From a virus (Duplodnaviria; Caudoviricetes), in the IMG/VR virus record IMGVR_UViG_3300012933_000205, positions 1 through 39,027 of that record: 39,027 nt of DNA. The stretch is one strand, 5' to 3'. The position numbers and the translations under genes were made by a program. The notes under the pieces were generated by a model that saw only the letters and a list, made by a program, of their open reading frames with translations, searched no databases and was not told the DNA's origin. This document shows, in pieces, positions 33,238 to 39,027 of the stretch; positions within the stretch are counted from its first letter, which is position 1; every line of letters begins with the position of its first letter.

Positions 33238-34581
33238 TCAGGTTGCAGTGCCAGTCGAGCGGTAACGCACGATTGCGAACGGGTCGCGCACCGATGTAGC
33301 CAAACGCTTCTCACCGAAGAAGGTGATGTAGCCGGGGGCTGTCTGGTCATAACGGCGCATGACCATGTTCAGGCGGTCAATGATGGTGTGGCCGCGAGAC
33401 CAGTCACCGAAGTACATTGGGTACAAGCTAGTTGTGCCAGCAGAGCCAGTTGTGGTTTGAGATGGAGTGTCCAAGTACTTGTTCACAACAACGTCAAAGC
33501 CCAACAAGCGACCAACGATGCCGTTGGTTTCCAGAGGAGACATACGCTCAAACACAGGAGTGCCGTTGTCGTCAACCAAGCCACGGATTTGAGCCAACAA
33601 GACAGGGCTAATGATGAACTTAGCAGAATCAGTCCAGTATTGTTGTGGCAAGGCGTAGATGAAGTTCACAACGTCTTTGTAGGTGATGTTTGCAGCACCA
33701 ACAGTGTTCACGTTAGAAGTCAACTGGTCATAAGTAGCCAAGCTGTGCAAACCGCTTGTAGAGCCAGTACCGCTTGTGCCGAAGGCAGCAGTAGAAGTTG
33801 TACCACCAGCGTAGGTGCTGTTAGCGCCTGCGTATTGGTTCAAGCCGCGCAAGCCGTTAGAGCCGCCGTATGGCAAGCTGGTAGCGCCTTGGTCGTTGTT
33901 TTGAATCATTGACAGAGCTTCGGCTTGTGCGAATTCAGCCAACATATCGTCAACCACGTTTGCTTCCAAACCGTCGATGTCGTCAAGAGCAGCAGTACGG
34001 ATAGGGAACTGCACGTTCAAGTCTTGCAAAACCAATTGCCAGATTGAAGTGTTTTCAGTTGTCGCCGAACCGTTGTTCTGGATTGTGTAGCCCCATGCAG
34101 CACCAGCATTGCCAGTCTTCACACGGAATTGATAGCTAGAGCCATCGGTAGCCACAGTGCGAGACACGCCGCGCATTGGGTTAGCCAAACGCAGAGCAGC
34201 AAACACAGGGTCATAAGCAGTACGACCGCCTTTACCGTCACCGCCAGCAGTCAGAGCCGAGGCTTCTTTCATGTAGGCTTCCATTTGAGATTCGTCTGCG
34301 AAAACTTGCAGTTGTTTCTCAAGAGTGTTTTTGCCTTCGGCGATTGCCTTGAGCTGTTCTTTCACAGAACGGTTCACATCAGCGCGAACTGACTTGGCTT
34401 TTTCTTTGTGGACTGCGGCAGCAGGAATAGCAGCAACTTTGGCTTCCAAAGCAGCAACCATTTCGCTCATCTCGGCTTTAACAGCTTCGATAGCAGCAGG
34501 GATTTTGGCTTCAACAGCCACGATGCTCTCAGCTTGTTTAGCTTCGATGGCATCCAATTTTTCGATGATTTCTTTTGACAT
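33238..34581 (-). CDS. Major capsid protein, HK97 family, with N-terminal delta (scaffold) domain
   Basis: About 105 aa coiled-coil N-terminus, GRLLGFDVV, YFGDW, EKR....VRDP.A. Confidence 0.93.
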   Translation of the reverse strand: MSKEIIEKLDAIEAKQAESIVAVEAKIPAAIEAVKAEMSEMVAALEAKVAAIPAAAVHKEKAKSVRADVNRSVKEQLKAIAEGKNTLEKQLQVFADESQMEAYMKEASALTAGGDGKGGRTAYDPVFAALRLANPMRGVSRTVATDGSSYQFRVKTGNAGAAWGYTIQNNGSATTENTSIWQLVLQDLNVQFPIRTAALDDIDGLEANVVDDMLAEFAQAEALSMIQNNDQGATSLPYGGSNGLRGLNQYAGANSTYAGGTTSTAAFGTSGTGSTSGLHSLATYDQLTSNVNTVGAANITYKDVVNFIYALPQQYWTDSAKFIISPVLLAQIRGLVDDNGTPVFERMSPLETNGIVGRLLGFDVVVNKYLDTPSQTTTGSAGTTSLYPMYFGDWSRGHTIIDRLNMVMRRYDQTAPGYITFFGEKRLATSVRDPFAIVRYRSTGTAT

Positions 34582-34583
34582 GA

Positions 34584-35384
34584 TTAACCTTTTAGGCGTT
34601 TGTCGAGGAGTTTTAACAATTCGCGTTGCTCAAGAGCCGCGAGAATTGTCGCGTTGGTCGCTTCCGCATCAGAATCGCTCTGAGTCGTCGCAGCTTCAAT
34701 AGGCTCTTGAGTAGCATCACGCTGCTCAATTACTTTCTTGAATGTAGATGCGGCAGCGACCGCATCTTTCTTGGATAGACCAGCATCACGCAGGGCTTGT
34801 TCCAAAACTTTCAGGTCGGCAGTGCCATCAGCGCGGAAATATTCCAGCTTTTGCACTTCGGCCATTGGATTGTTTGGGTACATCACGACTGAAACTTCGC
34901 GCAGACCACCTTTGGTGATTTGGAAGTAGCCGTCTTCGTATGGGTCATCAGAACCAACGGTCATTGGAGTACCGTCTTCTTTTGTCCACTGATATTCTTC
35001 GGCGTATGCGCCAACAGACACGCCACCAAACATATTTGGCGATTCGCTCATAACTTGATACAAGTCAGAACCTTGAGTGGTGTTGACATACAAGCGACCG
35101 CAGGCTTTCATGCCAGTTTCGTCAAACTCAAATGATGTCCACTCGCCCACAGGGATGGAATCAGCATCATGGTTCACAAACATTGGCAGAGGACGACCAG
35201 CTTTGCTGAACGACTCGGCCCATTGCATAAATGCTTCTGGTTGATAGTTGAACTTGCGACCGTCAGCGCCTTCGCGTGGCCCCCAAGTTGTGACAACTGC
35301 CTCAATATTGCCTGTTGGCTCTGCGTTGCCTGCTTTTTCGAGAACCAGTTTGGCCTCGCACACCATCATCAAGTTTTGCGTCAT
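34584..35384 (-). CDS. Prohead maturation protease (HK97 family)
   Basis: PMFVNHD...PVG.W, GVSVG, LREVSVV.YP.NP.A, LEQALRDAGLS. Confidence 0.9.
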   Translation of the reverse strand: MTQNLMMVCEAKLVLEKAGNAEPTGNIEAVVTTWGPREGADGRKFNYQPEAFMQWAESFSKAGRPLPMFVNHDADSIPVGEWTSFEFDETGMKACGRLYVNTTQGSDLYQVMSESPNMFGGVSVGAYAEEYQWTKEDGTPMTVGSDDPYEDGYFQITKGGLREVSVVMYPNNPMAEVQKLEYFRADGTADLKVLEQALRDAGLSKKDAVAAASTFKKVIEQRDATQEPIEAATTQSDSDAEATNATILAALEQRELLKLLDKRLKG

Positions 35385-35517
35385 GGATTACCTCATCGAC
35401 TTTAGTTTGGTCAATGTCGTATATTGTTTTTGGTGGCCTACCGCGCTTTGGGGGCGGTGGAACCGTTGGCCTATTTGCTACCAACGATGCTACCATAATC
35501 TTAAAAATCAACGACAT
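35302..35517 (-). CDS. Small basic protein with AT-hook-like motif
   Basis: ATG abuts portal stop (TAAATG), contains PPPKRGRPPK. Confidence 0.5.
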   Translation of the reverse strand: MSLIFKIMVASLVANRPTVPPPPKRGRPPKTIYDIDQTKVDEVIHDAKLDDGVRGQTGSRKSRQRRANRQY

Positions 35518-36915
35518 TTATTTGCCGATGTTCGCTTTGTTCTTTTGGTTGCCACCACCGCCGCCAGTATCTTGAGGGCTTGAACCTGCAATTGGGTCGC
35601 TTGGTTTTGTGTCTTGCTTTAATTCGTTGCCGCCTTCCATTTGAGCTTTACCCAAATATTCACGCGCTTCGTTTGGAGTCAGAACACCAGCATCGACACC
35701 AGCCTTCACATAGTTCATTTGGTCGATTGGAGCACCCTTCAAGAAGTTTGCTGTATCGAAATGAACACACAACGAAGGATAGCCGTTGAACAACTGCTGC
35801 TTCAATTTCTCTTGGACGTTAACGATGGTTGGGTACATCGTTGACTTGTAGAACTCGTCCAACATGGTCTGAGTGTTGTTGTATTTCTGGTCTGCAATTC
35901 CAACCATTGCTGGAGGCACACCAAACAAACCACAAATGCGCTTCATGGTTTGAATCTTCAACTCGGCAGCTTGTGTGTCTTGCAAAGTGAGAATGTCGAT
36001 TGGGGTGTACTTCATGCCTTGGTCGAGCAACATACCTTGGCCCGGCTTCGACTCATCAGTGCGTTGGCTACCAGTCATGTTTGACCAAGCCTCTTTCAAG
36101 CGCGAGGCCAATTCCTTGTACTTGCCATCAGGAATGACTTGCTCGGTCGTGAACATACCCGTTGGCTTTGCGCCATTGAGCATGATGAAGTTGGCGTAAA
36201 CGTCAATGTCTTGGTCGAGCGTAACCAATTCAGCAGCCAAGATGCCTTTGTTGAAACCAGCCGAACCTTGCCATGCTGCCTCTTTAATGTGCATCACTTG
36301 ATGCGCGGCCAACGGCTCGTCTTTGCTGAAACCGTATGAAGGGGTAGACAGACGGTATGAAGGATAACGAGCAGGGTTGATGGTCACGGCAATCAACGTG
36401 GAATCCAACACATACATCTCCATTGGAGTCTGTGAAGGGTTCTTTTGGTCTTCGCGCCACCACAAGGTAAACGCTTCGCCAGACAATTCCAACCACATGA
36501 GCCACTGATACCAGAACTCATACTTCGATTGGAAATTGTTGGGGTTGTTCAACAGCTTGGAAACTTGCTTAGCCTTGTTCTTGTCACGAACGCCAACAGA
36601 CTTGTCTTTCACAGCGTCAAGGTACGAACCGTCCTCTTGCTCTGACATGATTTTGATTGGCAACTGAGCCAAAGCTCTTGCCTTTGCGCCGACGCAAGCC
36701 ATGACGGTGCTGTTGCGAGTCAATAGGCTCATGTCGATTGTGCGACCAGCAGAGTTTGTGCTGGCAGTCGTCACATACAGTACTTGGGTGTTGACTGTTG
36801 GGCGTGTATTGCTGCCCGAATAGACAATGTTGTTACCTAGAGCCGTTTGGCCGAAAAGGTTGTTGCTTTCGTCCGATTGCGTGGACTTGCGCTTGAAAAT
36901 GTCGAGAATAGCCAT
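35518..36915 (-). CDS. Portal protein, HK97 family
   Basis: V.ACV...A..LAQLP, PN.FQ, NGAKP.G, I...FGVPP, LTPNEAR, AGGAG RBS before MAILD. Confidence 0.95.
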   Translation of the reverse strand: MAILDIFKRKSTQSDESNNLFGQTALGNNIVYSGSNTRPTVNTQVLYVTTASTNSAGRTIDMSLLTRNSTVMACVGAKARALAQLPIKIMSEQEDGSYLDAVKDKSVGVRDKNKAKQVSKLLNNPNNFQSKYEFWYQWLMWLELSGEAFTLWWREDQKNPSQTPMEMYVLDSTLIAVTINPARYPSYRLSTPSYGFSKDEPLAAHQVMHIKEAAWQGSAGFNKGILAAELVTLDQDIDVYANFIMLNGAKPTGMFTTEQVIPDGKYKELASRLKEAWSNMTGSQRTDESKPGQGMLLDQGMKYTPIDILTLQDTQAAELKIQTMKRICGLFGVPPAMVGIADQKYNNTQTMLDEFYKSTMYPTIVNVQEKLKQQLFNGYPSLCVHFDTANFLKGAPIDQMNYVKAGVDAGVLTPNEAREYLGKAQMEGGNELKQDTKPSDPIAGSSPQDTGGGGGNQKNKANIGK

Positions 36916-36945
36916 GTCAGCTCCTAGTTTCCGTGATGTTATCAC

Positions 36946-38619
36946 TCAAAATAATCGTAGTCCATAGGAGTCTGATACGAATACGTTATCTAAATGGCAG
37001 TGCAACGCCATAATCATGGCGATGATTCCGTCCACCTTGGCAGATGGGTCGGCCTCGTTTTTTCTCACTTTTACGTTGCCGTTCACATCGGTGTATACCT
37101 CACAGTTACCGAGTTGCCACCCCACAAACGGATTTCCATCGTGCTTGATGGCTTTTTTAAGGATGAGCTGTTCTGCCGTTTTCGACGGGTTGGATAGTAC
37201 TGCCATGCCTTGTCCAACCTTTTTGACTGGAAGGCCATAGGAGAAAAGATTGGCGACAAGAGCAGCAGCGTTGTAAGGGTCATAGCCAATTTCTTTGACT
37301 TCATAGGTTTCGGCCTCTTGTCGAATGTAGGACTCAATCTCGTTTAGGTCGGTCACGTTGCCGGGCGTGAGGTGCAGGATGCCAGATGCCACGGCCTGAC
37401 TAAAGATTGATTTGTAGTGGTTCGGAATCAGCTCAATCGACTCCTCTGGCAAGAAGAATTTGAACTTGGCGTACAGGTCTTCCTCGGCATATCGGTGCAA
37501 CGTCACCACAGCATTCAAGTCTCGGCTATGGGCCAAGTCAAATCCAATGAACGTGGCTTCTGGCTTGTCAGCAGGCAAAGGAGCCACGGACTCATCCCAA
37601 TATCGACGGTCAACCCATGCCGCATTGGAGCTGACGTAAATGTTGAGCTGCTTGCACAAGAACTCGTTGAGGGACGCAGGCTTGCTCTTGGCTTCGTCGG
37701 CCATGTGCTGAATTGCCTCAGTCGTCACAGACACGCCAAGCATGGGATTGGCCTTGCCCCATACGGCGGGGTCAGACCACTCATCGCCGGGGTCTACCGA
37801 GTACAACAAGCCAAACCAACGATGCGAGTCCTCCGCCGCCCCACGCAGAACAGCACGAAAGTGATTCAAGTCCTCAAAGAACTTTGTCTCCTTGGTGAAG
37901 CTGGCTGTCGTCAAATACATCCTTAAAGGATTCTTACGAGCAGCCATGCCTGAGTGCAACACTTCGATTGAGCCGCGCTCGGTAATCTGAGCCGCCTCGT
38001 CAATCATCGCGCATGATGGGTTTTTGCCGTCACCAGTCTTACGGTTCTCACGGGACAGGGCGCGGTAGGTGGATGTCGAGTCACCCGCCTTTTTCAGCTC
38101 ACTTCGGAATGGAATGAATCGGCTTTGCAGTTCGGGAGCCATGCTTTCCATAATGGCCTTGGATGAGTCAAAGCAGATTGATGCCTGCTCTCGGTTGGTC
38201 GCCAGTGTGAACACTTCGGGGCCAGCCTCGCCAAACAGTAGCTCGTAGAGAGCAATGATGGACGCAAGGGTTGTCTTACCAGACTTGCGAGGCACAAACA
38301 GGATAACGTCCGTCACCCATCGAATGCTGTGGTCTGACTTGTTGCGGAATCCATACACCGCAGCGAGAAACAGGACTTGGAATCCCTCAAGCTCAATCGA
38401 CTTTCCTGCGTCTGGCCCTTTGACATGGCGGCAAAACTTGGCGAACTTGAGGATGTGTTCAGCCTTGGCGGGGACGAACTCATAGGGCGCATCCTTGCGC
38501 TCAACCATATCCAAGAATCGCTGACAAGCAATCTTGACATCCTCGCAAGCGAGTAGGTCGCCGCGAACTACGGCAGTAGCGTACTTAAACGCAGGCTCAA
38601 GCAGTATTGAATAGCTCAT
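36946..38619 (-). CDS. terL: Terminase large subunit
   Basis: Walker A VPRKSGKT, Walker B MIDE, W.KANP.LG, GFDLA, KVDG. Confidence 0.96.
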   Translation of the reverse strand: MSYSILLEPAFKYATAVVRGDLLACEDVKIACQRFLDMVERKDAPYEFVPAKAEHILKFAKFCRHVKGPDAGKSIELEGFQVLFLAAVYGFRNKSDHSIRWVTDVILFVPRKSGKTTLASIIALYELLFGEAGPEVFTLATNREQASICFDSSKAIMESMAPELQSRFIPFRSELKKAGDSTSTYRALSRENRKTGDGKNPSCAMIDEAAQITERGSIEVLHSGMAARKNPLRMYLTTASFTKETKFFEDLNHFRAVLRGAAEDSHRWFGLLYSVDPGDEWSDPAVWGKANPMLGVSVTTEAIQHMADEAKSKPASLNEFLCKQLNIYVSSNAAWVDRRYWDESVAPLPADKPEATFIGFDLAHSRDLNAVVTLHRYAEEDLYAKFKFFLPEESIELIPNHYKSIFSQAVASGILHLTPGNVTDLNEIESYIRQEAETYEVKEIGYDPYNAAALVANLFSYGLPVKKVGQGMAVLSNPSKTAEQLILKKAIKHDGNPFVGWQLGNCEVYTDVNGNVKVRKNEADPSAKVDGIIAMIMALHCHLDNVFVSDSYGLRLF

Positions 38620-38968
38620 CTATGGCAGTGGGTGTGGATGTCTTCTTTGGGCGACCACGGGCCACAAGCGCAAGCTCGGCCAGAATCTTGATTGCTTTGT
38701 CGAGACATTCGGTTCTTATCTTGTAATACGGAGAAGTGGCGGGGCCAGAGTTGTAATGCTCAATCATGCCTTGGGTCTGAATCACGCGCTCGGCATCAAT
38801 CAGACTTTGCATGGTCATCACCAACATTCCCACCAAGGTTTCATCACTCGCGGTCAAAGCGCCTGTGGAGCTTTCCACTTCGCTACGAATCTGAGTCTCA
38901 AAAGCAGTCGCGTCCCATGTGTCTGGTTCGCGGATGTAATTGATGATGTGTTTGGGTGCTTTTTTCAT
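38597..38968 (-). CDS. terS: Terminase small subunit (P27-like)
   Basis: Overlaps terL start, I...G......G....PY..I......I.....EL.L...R pattern. Confidence 0.8.
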   Translation of the reverse strand: MKKAPKHIINYIREPDTWDATAFETQIRSEVESSTGALTASDETLVGMLVMTMQSLIDAERVIQTQGMIEHYNSGPATSPYYKIRTECLDKAIKILAELALVARGRPKKTSTPTAIDELFNTA

Positions 38969-39027
38969 GGGAAATTCCCTAAATTCTGTCAAGGAGTATA
39001 GCTTACTCCCCCTCCTGACTTTCAATC

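Larger units (their letters stand above)
1..39027. mobile_element. Near-complete tailed bacteriophage genome (siphovirus-like, HK97-type head, probable cos packaging)
   Basis: Full set of packaging, head, tail, lysis, replication and regulatory genes and no host genes. HNH at the left end and terS at the right end would be adjacent if the ends were joined. Confidence 0.95.

Noticed and set aside
10833-33240. Genome-wide stop-codon reassignment (prompted by TAG at 10833 and TGA-TAG between the capsid genes)
   Set aside because: Genes are full length under the standard code, TAG and TGA end well-packed genes (e.g. 12612, 29922), and no suppressor tRNA was seen.
32164-34581. Capsid duplication as an assembly artefact or pseudogene
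   Set aside because: The copies differ throughout, including indels and distinct N-termini, and both reading frames are intact.
14241-39025. Numerous plus-strand ORFs antisense to structural genes
   Set aside because: Shadow ORFs of strongly coding minus-strand genes, with no motifs or RBS.
38969-39027. Terminal repeat or explicit cos sequence at the window ends
   Set aside because: No direct or inverted match between the two ends was visible. The cos location is inferred only from the HNH-terS gene order.

Overview
The window looks like an essentially complete ~39 kb tailed-phage genome with siphovirus-like, HK97/lambdoid organisation, opened near the probable cos junction between the HNH gene (left end) and terS (right end). 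The minus strand 14241-38968 carries terS, terL, portal, prohead protease, TWO tandem HK97-fold major-capsid paralogs, head-tail proteins, tail tube, a -1 frameshifted chaperone pair, tape measure, tail tip, fibres and lysis genes. 3321-10247 (minus) is a nin-like/replication arm (Cro, MazG-like, HNH, replication initiator, RusA, NinB, DUF1364, ferritin-like). 10374-14181 (plus) is a divergent early arm (Nmad5-like, Gp157, many micro-ORFs). 1-3300 is a distinctive end module with DnaA boxes, a six-gene operon of unknowns and strand-polarised GGCGCGG repeats. I found no integrase, CI repressor, DNA polymerase, methyltransferase, tRNA or CRISPR array. The most notable items are the duplicated capsid gene separated by an intrinsic terminator, clustered DnaA boxes, three candidate structured RNAs, an unannotated secreted 4-Cys micropeptide, and strong GATC/CCWGG avoidance. 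Family assignments come from motif recognition by eye, not database searches. A Gram-negative (possibly betaproteobacterial) host is inference only.
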